Assembly (NCBI GenBank): GCA_015056625.1
Contig: SVFY01000007.1
Location: 30,248-94,247 of the forward strand
DNA: 64,000 nucleotides
Source of the DNA: Butyrivibrio sp.
Lineage (GTDB): Bacteria; Bacillota; Clostridia; Lachnospirales; Lachnospiraceae
Direction: 5' to 3'
A model generated the notes under the pieces. It was not told the origin of the DNA. It was given only the letters and a program-made list of their open reading frames with translations, and did no database searches. The translations under genes and the position numbers were made by a program. Positions 41,516 to 49,377 of the stretch are shown here, piece by piece (positions within the stretch are counted from its first letter, which is position 1; each line of letters opens with the position of its first letter).

Positions 41516-41935
41516 ATGGATATAAATGAAAAAGAATTGATCCAACTTGCACTTGATATGAGAAAAATGAGCTACACGCCTTATTCTCACTTCAATGTAG
41601 GAGCAGCTCTTCTTGCTGCCAACGGGAAAATCTATACAGGCTGCAATATTGAAAATGCTTCCTTTACTCCCACTAACTGTGCTGAGAGAACAGCATTTTT
41701 TAAAGCAATCAGTGAAGGTGTCAAGGAATTTACAGCAATTGCTGTTGTCGGAGGACCGGCTGGAGCAGATCCTGTTGATTATTGTCCTCCATGCGGAGTT
41801 TGCAGACAGGTTATGAGCGAATTCTGTCATGATGATTTCAAGATAATCATGGCAAAATCTGTAGATGAGTATAAAATCGTAGATCTTATAGACAATCTTC
41901 CAGACAGATTTGGACCAAAAGATCTTTTGGGTTGA
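41516..41935 (+). CDS. cdd: Cytidine deaminase
   Basis: PYSHFNVGAA, GCNIENAS, CAERTA, PCGVCRQ. Confidence 0.95.
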   Translation: MDINEKELIQLALDMRKMSYTPYSHFNVGAALLAANGKIYTGCNIENASFTPTNCAERTAFFKAISEGVKEFTAIAVVGGPAGADPVDYCPPCGVCRQVMSEFCHDDFKIIMAKSVDEYKIVDLIDNLPDRFGPKDLLG

Positions 41936-41981
41936 CTTAGGGCTATGTTTTATGTTATATTATAGTGCGTTGTGATAATCA

Positions 41982-42019
41982 GACGGTCCTCTGACATATT
42001 GATTATGTGTAAGAACGTC
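41982..42019 (+). ncRNA. Probable ribosomal protein L19 leader
   Basis: GACG..GTCCTCTG-hairpin(ACATAT/ATGTGT)-AAGAACGTC just upstream of rplS; resembles the Firmicute L19 leader layout. Confidence 0.55.
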
Positions 42020-42039
42020 CATAGAATAGGAGAATAGAT

Positions 42040-42390
42040 ATGAGTACAATTATCCAGGAGCTCGAGAAAGAGCAGCTTAACGCTAACGCACCTGTATTCA
42101 ACACTGGTGACACAGTTAGGGTTCATGCTAAGATCAAGGAAGGAAACCGTGAGAGAATTCAGGTTTTCGAGGGAACTGTTAAGAAGATTCAGGGCGGCAG
42201 CAACCGTACTACTTTCACAGTAAGAAAAGAGTCTTACGGTGTTGGCGTTGAGAAGACATGGCCTCTTCACTCACCTATCGTTGAGAAGGTTGAAGTTGTT
42301 AGAAGAGGTAAGGTAAGAAGAGCTAAGCTGAACTACCTTAAGGGACTTACAGGTAAAAAGGCTAAGGTTAAGGAGCTTGTTACCAGATAA
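42040..42390 (+). CDS. rplS: 50S ribosomal protein L19
   Basis: [31 protein letters not shown]. Confidence 0.98.
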   Translation: MSTIIQELEKEQLNANAPVFNTGDTVRVHAKIKEGNRERIQVFEGTVKKIQGGSNRTTFTVRKESYGVGVEKTWPLHSPIVEKVEVVRRGKVRRAKLNYLKGLTGKKAKVKELVTR

Positions 42391-42400
42391 TTTGTTTTTT

Positions 42401-42434
42401 AAAGGGCAGTTACGTTTAGTAATTGCCCTTTTTA
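42401..42434 (+). terminator. Terminator after rplS
   Basis: AAAGGGCAGTTAC/GTAATTGCCCTTT stem plus T-run. Confidence 0.8.
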
Positions 42435-42461
42435 AATTCTATAGCTGATTTGAGGTGCTCT

Positions 42462-43064
42462 ATGATGAGATCAAGGAAGAACTATCTTACTTTTAATCAA
42501 AAGAAAAAGAGAATAACCCCAAAGCTTATCAGAGAAATCTTTTCGTGGCTCTCCATCACTGTAGCTGCCATTTTACTGTCTGGTGCACTTGTGTTCTTCT
42601 TTGGAATGCAGGTCATGGTCATTGGTGATTCAATGGAGCCGCTTCTTTCAAATGGTCAGAAGGTTTTAGTAGACAGGGCATTATCCAAGATAATTAGCCC
42701 CAAAACCGGAGATATAGTTGTCTTTCTGCCAAATGGTAATACTAATTCACATTATTATGTAAAAAGAATAGTTGCAAAAGCTGGAGATACAGTCCAGATC
42801 ATAGAAGGCGTATTATATATAAATGGTGAGCCTTCAGATGAGGACGATGACTATTTTGACAAGATGGAGGATGCAGGGATCGCATCAAATCCAATTAAGC
42901 TTAAGAGTGGAGAATACTTTGTTCTTGGTGATAACCGAAACAGCAGTGAGGATTCCAGAAGTGCCAATATTGGGATAGTCAGCGAATCAATGATTGTTGG
43001 AAAAGCGTGGTTTAAATTTGCGTATGAAGATGCTCATTTTGGACCGATACTAGGCAATTATTAA
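42462..43064 (+). CDS. lepB: Signal peptidase I, copy 1
   Basis: One TM, GDSMEP (Ser), YVKRIV (Lys), GDNRNSSEDSR. Confidence 0.92.
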   Translation: MMRSRKNYLTFNQKKKRITPKLIREIFSWLSITVAAILLSGALVFFFGMQVMVIGDSMEPLLSNGQKVLVDRALSKIISPKTGDIVVFLPNGNTNSHYYVKRIVAKAGDTVQIIEGVLYINGEPSDEDDDYFDKMEDAGIASNPIKLKSGEYFVLGDNRNSSEDSRSANIGIVSESMIVGKAWFKFAYEDAHFGPILGNY

Positions 43065-43078
43065 GGAATGGTGAATAT

Positions 43079-43954
43079 ATGAATTATCAATGGTATCCTG
43101 GACATATGACAAAAGCTATCAGAATGATGCAGGAAAACATCAAGCTGATAGATATAATAATAGAACTTACAGACGCCCGTATTCCTGCCTCTGGCAGAAA
43201 CCCTGATATTGACGAGCTGGGCAAGAACAAGTTCAGACTAATAATCCTTAATAAGGCTGATCTTGCTGACCCTGCAGTTACTAAAAAGTGGAAAGACTAC
43301 TATGAAGCTCAGGGAAACTTTGTTCTGGAGATGAATTCCAAAACTGGAAACGAAGCCGGAAAGGTCAAGGATGTTGTACAGAGCGCCTGTGCAGAGAAAA
43401 TAGAAAGAGATAAAAAGAGGGGCATTGTTGGAAGACCAATAAGAGCCATGGTTGCAGGAATTCCCAATGTTGGCAAGTCTACATTTATAAACAAGCTTGC
43501 AGGCAGGAACTCTGCCAAAACCGGCAATAAACCAGGTGTAACAAAGGGAAAACAATGGATTTCCCTTGGAAAGAACATGCAGCTTTTGGATACTCCAGGT
43601 ATTTTATGGCCTAAATTTGAGGATCAGGAGGTTGGACTTCATCTTGCCATTATAGGCTCCATGAATGATGAGAATCTTGATAGCGTTGAACTATCATGTG
43701 AGCTTATAAAAGTACTTAATAAGTACTACCCCGGAGTCATAAAAGAGAAGTATAATATAACTGATGAGCAGTTATCTATATTTTTAGAGGATCAGTACGC
43801 TAATGAGCTTAGCGCTGTGCTTTCTGCAATAGCTGAAAACAGGAAGCTCATAAAACAAGGGGCTGTTCCTGATATAGACAGAGCATCATCACTTCTTCTT
43901 GATGATTTCAGAAATGGAAGACTTGGAAGACTCTCTTTAGAAAGACCAGAATAA
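43079..43954 (+). CDS. rbgA: Ribosome biogenesis GTPase RbgA (YlqF)
   Basis: QWYPGHM, DARIP, NKADL, GIPNVGKS, PGVT, DTPG. Confidence 0.96.
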   Translation: MNYQWYPGHMTKAIRMMQENIKLIDIIIELTDARIPASGRNPDIDELGKNKFRLIILNKADLADPAVTKKWKDYYEAQGNFVLEMNSKTGNEAGKVKDVVQSACAEKIERDKKRGIVGRPIRAMVAGIPNVGKSTFINKLAGRNSAKTGNKPGVTKGKQWISLGKNMQLLDTPGILWPKFEDQEVGLHLAIIGSMNDENLDSVELSCELIKVLNKYYPGVIKEKYNITDEQLSIFLEDQYANELSAVLSAIAENRKLIKQGAVPDIDRASSLLLDDFRNGRLGRLSLERPE

Positions 43955-43987
43955 ATTAGCGCTTTATGCGCGGAATCGAGATGAATA

Positions 43988-44521
43988 ATGAGTAAAGTAT
44001 TAAAAGAGATCATGAGCACACTTTTATACCTGGTAGTAATCTTTGGACTTACTTTTTTGTTTATTACCTTTGTAGCACAGAGAACAGAAGTAAGTGGATC
44101 ATCCATGGAACCTACGCTGCAGGATCATGACTCGCTTATCGTTGATAAACTCTCATACAGATTCATAGAGCCACACAGATACGACATTGTTATTTTCCCT
44201 TATCAGTATGGTAATAATCAGTACTTCATCAAAAGAGTCATTGGCCTTCCAGGGGAAAGGGTCAGAATCGATTTTGACGGAAACATCTATATAAACGATG
44301 CAAAGCTTATTGAAAACTATGGAGCTGAAGTTATCATTGATCCAGGAAGAGCTGAAACAGAAATACTTCTTGGAGAAGATGAATACTTTGTAATGGGTGA
44401 TAATAGAAATCACAGTATGGACAGCAGAGATATCTCGGTGGGGAACATTCATAAGAAGGATATCCTGGGTAAGGCTTTTGTGAGGATATATCCATTTTCA
44501 AAATTTGGGGGAGTAGAATAA
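43988..44521 (+). CDS. lepB: Signal peptidase I, copy 2
   Basis: GSSMEPTL, FIKRVIGLPG, GDNRNHSMDSR. Confidence 0.93.
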   Translation: MSKVLKEIMSTLLYLVVIFGLTFLFITFVAQRTEVSGSSMEPTLQDHDSLIVDKLSYRFIEPHRYDIVIFPYQYGNNQYFIKRVIGLPGERVRIDFDGNIYINDAKLIENYGAEVIIDPGRAETEILLGEDEYFVMGDNRNHSMDSRDISVGNIHKKDILGKAFVRIYPFSKFGGVE

Positions 44522-45282
44522 TGCAGTCACTTTCTGACATCAAGGGGATACTACAAAGCTCACAAACAGAAGATGAGCTCAAGCTTTTTATTGATACTTA
44601 CAAAAGTGATGAAAGAGCCGGAGTTATCAAACTTGTTGAAAGTGCAAGTAAAAAAATAGATTCACTTGAAAAAGAGAAAAAACGTACCTATGAAATGTAC
44701 AGGTACGAACGTGAATATGGAGATCTTGGCCTGTTATGCGGGATAGATGAAGTTGGTAGAGGCCCGCTTGCAGGTCCTGTCTATGCAGCAGCTGTTATAT
44801 TAAAGCCTGACTGCCCTTTGTTATATCTAAATGATTCCAAGAAATTATCCGAAAAAAAGAGAGAAGAGCTTTATGATGTCATAATGGAAGAGGCAGTAAG
44901 CGTAAGCATTGGCTTTTCTACTTGTGAGCGCATTGATGAGATCAATATCCTTAATGCCACATATGAAGCTATGACCAAGGCAGTAGAGGGACTTAATCCT
45001 AAGCCTGATGCACTTTTAATTGATGCTGTTCACATTCCTCAGCTTGAAATGTACAAACAGGTATCTATCATAAAAGGTGATGCCAAGAGCGCATCAATTG
45101 CGGCAGCAAGCATCATTGCCAAGGTTACAAGGGACCGCCTTATGAAAGAACTTTCTTTGAAATATCCTGAGTACGGATTTGATTCAAATAAGGGATATGG
45201 AAGCGAAGCTCATATTGCTGCCCTGAAAAAGTATGGCCCCTGCGAGATTCACAGACGTTCCTTCATAGGTAATTTTGTATGA
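44521..45282 (+). CDS. rnhB: Ribonuclease HII
   Basis: GIDEVGRGPLAGPV, DSKKL, KGDAKS.SIAAASIIAKV.RD, HRRSF. Confidence 0.97.
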   Translation: MQSLSDIKGILQSSQTEDELKLFIDTYKSDERAGVIKLVESASKKIDSLEKEKKRTYEMYRYEREYGDLGLLCGIDEVGRGPLAGPVYAAAVILKPDCPLLYLNDSKKLSEKKREELYDVIMEEAVSVSIGFSTCERIDEINILNATYEAMTKAVEGLNPKPDALLIDAVHIPQLEMYKQVSIIKGDAKSASIAAASIIAKVTRDRLMKELSLKYPEYGFDSNKGYGSEAHIAALKKYGPCEIHRRSFIGNFV

Positions 45283-47000
45283 GTATAATTGGTGGTGTTA
45301 CCGGGCAAAATAATACTTTAAATATTGATGGTAGCAGTTTAAGAGGGCAGGAAGTATCTTCCCAAAGCCTTGAGCTTAAAACTGGATCTACCATTCAAGG
45401 TACTGTTGTGTCCATTAGTGACACAACCGAAGGTAAGATTGCTACAATAAATGTTGGTAATGCTGAAATTCAGGCAAGGCTCCAGGATGGAATGGGGCTT
45501 AGAGAAGGGCAGACTCTTAACTTTAGTGTCAGGAGCGGCTCATCAGGCACTGTGTCCATAACTCCTCTTTATGAGAATACTTCCATAGATCAGAGCACAC
45601 TTAAGGCTCTGACTGCCGCTGGAATTGAAATAAATAATGATTCGATCCAGATGGTGAAGGATATGATGTCAGCATCTTTACCTATCAATAAAGATGCACT
45701 TCTTGAGATGAATAAGTCTCTTAATTCATTTCCAAATACTTCAGTTACAACTCTTGTTGAGATGAAGAGTCTTGGGATTCCAATTGATCAAAACAATATT
45801 CAGCAGTATGAGAGCTATAAGAACTACGAACACCAGGTAACTTCTACTATGGAAAACATAATAGAGGAGATGCCAAATGCTTTCTCTGAGCTTCTTGCTT
45901 CAGGGAAAGAAACTCAGGCTTTGGATCTTTATGGCTCTGTACTTAAGCTGTTTGGGCAGGAGGTCCAGGGCGCAGAAGATGCAGCCAAAGAACAGGGCCC
46001 TATTTCAAGCGCTTTAATGGATGCTGATGAAGCTATAGACAATGGGCAGGAAGTAGCTGGCCAGGGCGTACTGGAGGAAGAAGCTTTAAATGGAGAAGGA
46101 AAAGAAGCTTCTGGGAAGCTTACAGTAAACCAGCAAGGACTATCTGACCGGTTTATTGATGATCTTAAAAACCTTGGCATTTCAGATAAAGCGATAAATG
46201 CATATAATGAAGCTTTAAAGGGAGCAAATGGCCAGGACCTTTCTGATGATCCTGCAAAGGCACAAAAGCTTGAAGATGCCCAGAAAGCTCTTTTAAAAGA
46301 GCTTGCAGAAAACTTCGAAAAGTCAGACCTGTCTGATAAGGCTGAAGCTGCCTCGTGGAAAAATGTCTTTTCCGGTAAGGAATATACCAAACTTCTTAAG
46401 GACAATATGTCCTCTCAGTGGCATCTTAAGCCATTAGAGGTTGGAAACAAGGAAAACATTGAAAATCTATATCAGAGACTTAATAACCAGGCGAAGGGCC
46501 TTACTAACGCCATAACCCAGAATCTTGGAGCAGAAAGCAGGCTGGCTCAGCTTTCCAATAATCTTTCTAACAATCTTGATTTTATGAACCAGCTAAACCA
46601 GATGTTCCAATATGTCCAGCTTCCTCTTCAGATGGCTGGGCAAAATGTCCATGGAGATCTGTATGTGTATAGAAACAAGCATAAGAAGATGAGCGAGGAT
46701 GGGTCAGTTAGTGCAGCACTTCATCTGGATATGGAGAATCTTGGACCTGTGGATGTATATGTAAAGCTTTTAAACAGCAAGGTCACCACAAATTTCTATG
46801 TGGCGGATGACAGCGTCATAGAGCTTATAAATGACAATATCCACATCCTTAATGAGAGGCTTGAAAAAAGAGGTTATACTATGGAAGCTACCTTAAAGCT
46901 TCACGATGATATGGATGGTCAGGACCTTGCTGTTGATGAGATGCTCAGCGTAAGCAAGACTCCGGTACTTTCCACCAATTCCTTTGATGCAAGGGCATAA
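45279..47000 (+). CDS. Flagellar hook-length control FliK-like protein (YlqG-like)
   Basis: Long low-complexity N-region; C-terminal YVQLPL...ALHLDMENLGPVDV...FDARA FliK_C-type pattern. Confidence 0.65.
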   Translation: MSIIGGVTGQNNTLNIDGSSLRGQEVSSQSLELKTGSTIQGTVVSISDTTEGKIATINVGNAEIQARLQDGMGLREGQTLNFSVRSGSSGTVSITPLYENTSIDQSTLKALTAAGIEINNDSIQMVKDMMSASLPINKDALLEMNKSLNSFPNTSVTTLVEMKSLGIPIDQNNIQQYESYKNYEHQVTSTMENIIEEMPNAFSELLASGKETQALDLYGSVLKLFGQEVQGAEDAAKEQGPISSALMDADEAIDNGQEVAGQGVLEEEALNGEGKEASGKLTVNQQGLSDRFIDDLKNLGISDKAINAYNEALKGANGQDLSDDPAKAQKLEDAQKALLKELAENFEKSDLSDKAEAASWKNVFSGKEYTKLLKDNMSSQWHLKPLEVGNKENIENLYQRLNNQAKGLTNAITQNLGAESRLAQLSNNLSNNLDFMNQLNQMFQYVQLPLQMAGQNVHGDLYVYRNKHKKMSEDGSVSAALHLDMENLGPVDVYVKLLNSKVTTNFYVADDSVIELINDNIHILNERLEKRGYTMEATLKLHDDMDGQDLAVDEMLSVSKTPVLSTNSFDARA

Positions 47001-47011
47001 AGGGCGAAAAT

Positions 47012-47308
47012 ATGGCAGACAATAATGAAAAGAAAAAAATAAAAACCGCCGTTGCTCTTGGCTATGATCCCAATGAAGATGGTGCTCCAAAAGTTATTGC
47101 GTCAGGCAGGGGAGCACTTGCTGAAAAGATCATTGAACAGGCAAAGGACAATAAGATCCCGGTTCATGAGGACGATAAGCTGGCTGATACTCTGTCACGA
47201 CTTGAGATCGGCGAGATGATTCCTCCTGAGCTTTATGAAGTTGTGGCTGAGATTCTTGTATTTGTGGATGCAATGGACAAGATCAAGGCAAAAGATAAAT
47301 CCAGATGA
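47012..47308 (+). CDS. Stand-alone FlhB C-terminal (CC)-like protein (YlqH/FlhX)
   Basis: AVALGY...APKVIASG.G..AEKI...IPPELYEVVAEIL. Confidence 0.88.
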   Translation: MADNNEKKKIKTAVALGYDPNEDGAPKVIASGRGALAEKIIEQAKDNKIPVHEDDKLADTLSRLEIGEMIPPELYEVVAEILVFVDAMDKIKAKDKSR

Positions 47309-47328
47309 AAGAAACAGGTATTGTATAA

Positions 47329-47694
47329 TTGAATAAAAGAGTAATTGGCGATGGGAATGAGGATCTTGCATGCAGCTTTTTAAAGTCAAAGGGGTGCGGG
47401 ATAGTTTTTCGCAATTTCCGCTGCAGGCAGGGCGAGATCGACATAATAGCAAAAGATGGGAAGTACCTTTGCTTCATAGAAGTTAAATACCGAAAAAATG
47501 CCAATTTTGGCGCACCTTCGGAAGCAGTAAATATTTCTAAACAGAGAAAAATATCTAAAGTCTCAAGATTCTATCTATATTCTAAAAATCTTTCTTTTGA
47601 TATCCCTATAAGATATGATGTAATTGCAGTGACCATAAATGATGGCATTACAACATTTAAATGGATCAAAAATGCATTTGACTATATGCCATGA
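47329..47694 (+). CDS. YraN (UPF0102) family putative nuclease
   Basis: RNFRC..GEIDIIA, FIEVKYR, RYDVI. Confidence 0.9.
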   Translation: MNKRVIGDGNEDLACSFLKSKGCGIVFRNFRCRQGEIDIIAKDGKYLCFIEVKYRKNANFGAPSEAVNISKQRKISKVSRFYLYSKNLSFDIPIRYDVIAVTINDGITTFKWIKNAFDYMP

Positions 47695-47707
47695 AAAGGA
47701 AAGTAAA

Positions 47708-48577
47708 ATGAGCGAAATTAAGATAAAACGATATGGTAATGAGCATACTTTGGAACTTAGAGAGAAAGGAAACCTAAAATACCTGGTATTTCCAAGAATT
47801 GAGCAGCTTGGAATGGTGGATCATATGTTTAGCACCAGACTTGGCGGTGTTTCCAAGGGAGTTTACAGTGAGTGCAACTTAAGCTACACAAGGGGAGACG
47901 ACAAGGAAGCTGTTGATGAAAACTACAGGCTGGTTTCAGATGCCTTAGGCCACGGGAAAAAACTGGACGATTTCGTTTGCACTTTTCAGACCCATACTAC
48001 CAATGTGAAGGTTATAACTGAAAAGGACAGAGGGAAAGGCCCCAAGATACAGCGTGATTACACTGATATTGACGGCCTTATCACCAATGTTCCAGGTATT
48101 ATCCTTGCTACCTTCCATGCAGACTGTCCGCCGGTGTATTTTATCGACCCGGTAAAAAGAGCTATTGGCCTTTCCCATTCAGGATGGAAGGGCACAAAGG
48201 GCAAGATAGCATCAAAAACAATTGAGATGATGAAAGAAAACTATGGAACAGATCCTTCAGACCTGATCTGCGCTATTGGACCATCTATCTGTGGCCCGTG
48301 CTATGAGATCGGAGAGGATGTGGCAAAAGAGTTTTCGTCTGCATTTACAAGTGAAGAGCTTAGGAAAAACCAGATTCTGGTGCCTTATCCCAATAATAAG
48401 TACAGGCTCTATCTTTGGAATGCAATAAAGCTTACTCTTTTGCAAAGCGAAGTTAAGGAAGAAAACATTATTGTTACTGATATCTGCACCAGATGTAATC
48501 CAAAGCTATTGTTTTCCCACAGGATACATGGAGAAAAAAGGGGAAATCTGTGCGCTTTTTTGTCAATTAAAGAATAA
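47708..48577 (+). CDS. pgeF: PgeF/YfiH/YlmD family protein (purine nucleoside phosphorylase/peptidoglycan editing)
   Basis: FSTRLGGVS, QTHT, HADC, HSGWKG, IGPSIC..CYE, FSHR. Confidence 0.9.
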   Translation: MSEIKIKRYGNEHTLELREKGNLKYLVFPRIEQLGMVDHMFSTRLGGVSKGVYSECNLSYTRGDDKEAVDENYRLVSDALGHGKKLDDFVCTFQTHTTNVKVITEKDRGKGPKIQRDYTDIDGLITNVPGIILATFHADCPPVYFIDPVKRAIGLSHSGWKGTKGKIASKTIEMMKENYGTDPSDLICAIGPSICGPCYEIGEDVAKEFSSAFTSEELRKNQILVPYPNNKYRLYLWNAIKLTLLQSEVKEENIIVTDICTRCNPKLLFSHRIHGEKRGNLCAFLSIKE

Positions 48578-48597
48578 TTAACGATAATTCGTTTAAT

Positions 48598-48640
48598 TCT
48601 TAAGAAATCTTAAGAAATTTCGACGGTAAATCTTAAGATT
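48598..48640 (+). promoter_or_regulatory. Direct repeats upstream of the response regulator
   Basis: TCTTAAGAAA x2 in tandem (48598, 48608) plus TCTTAAGATT (48631). Confidence 0.6.
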
Positions 48641-48681
48641 TAGGTGATTTAATAGTATTAGTAAAGATATGAGAGGACGCT

Positions 48682-49377
48682 ATGGAAAACATTTTAGTAT
48701 GTGATGACGACAGAGAAATAGTTGATGCTATCGAGATCTACTTGGAGCAGGAAGGCTTTCACGTCTATAAGGCCTACGACGGAGAAGAAGGTCTGTCTGT
48801 TCTTAGGAAAAATCAGATCCATCTTGCCATTGTGGATATTATGATGCCAAAGCTTGATGGTATCCATCTGGTAAAGGAGCTTCGAAATTTTTCAACTATT
48901 CCGGTTATCTTTCTTTCAGCTAAATCTGAAGACTCTGACAAGATACTGGGGTTAAATATCGGGGCAGATGATTATGTCACAAAACCCTTTAATCCCCTCG
49001 AGCTTGTGGCAAGAGTCAAAAGTAATGTAAGAAGATACACAACCCTTGGAAAGATCGTCGAAAAGGACAACGTGTACACATCAGGTGGACTTGTTGTAGA
49101 TGACAATGCCAAAACGGTAACTGTTTATGGTGAATCCATAAGACTTACACCTATTGAATATAGGATATTGGCATTTCTTGCAAAGAATAAGGGGAAGGTA
49201 TATTCCATCGACCAGATCTATGAAAATATCTGGGGAGATATCTCTGTCAGAACTGACAACACCATAGCCGTCCACATCAGACATATCAGAGAAAAAATAG
49301 AAGTTGATCCAAGAGAACCCAAATTCCTTAAGGTTGTTTGGGGCGTTGGATACAAAATTGAGGAAGATGTTAAATGA
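48682..49377 (+). CDS. OmpR/PhoB-family response regulator
   Basis: DDD, DIMMP, GADDYVTKPF, winged-helix HIRHIREK...VWGVGY. Confidence 0.96.
   Translation: MENILVCDDDREIVDAIEIYLEQEGFHVYKAYDGEEGLSVLRKNQIHLAIVDIMMPKLDGIHLVKELRNFSTIPVIFLSAKSEDSDKILGLNIGADDYVTKPFNPLELVARVKSNVRRYTTLGKIVEKDNVYTSGGLVVDDNAKTVTVYGESIRLTPIEYRILAFLAKNKGKVYSIDQIYENIWGDISVRTDNTIAVHIRHIREKIEVDPREPKFLKVVWGVGYKIEEDVK

Noticed and set aside
42462-44521. Two signal peptidase I genes flanking rbgA as a novelty
   Set aside because: Multiple lepB paralogs near rplS-rbgA-rnhB are ordinary in clostridia, and both have normal Ser/Lys dyads
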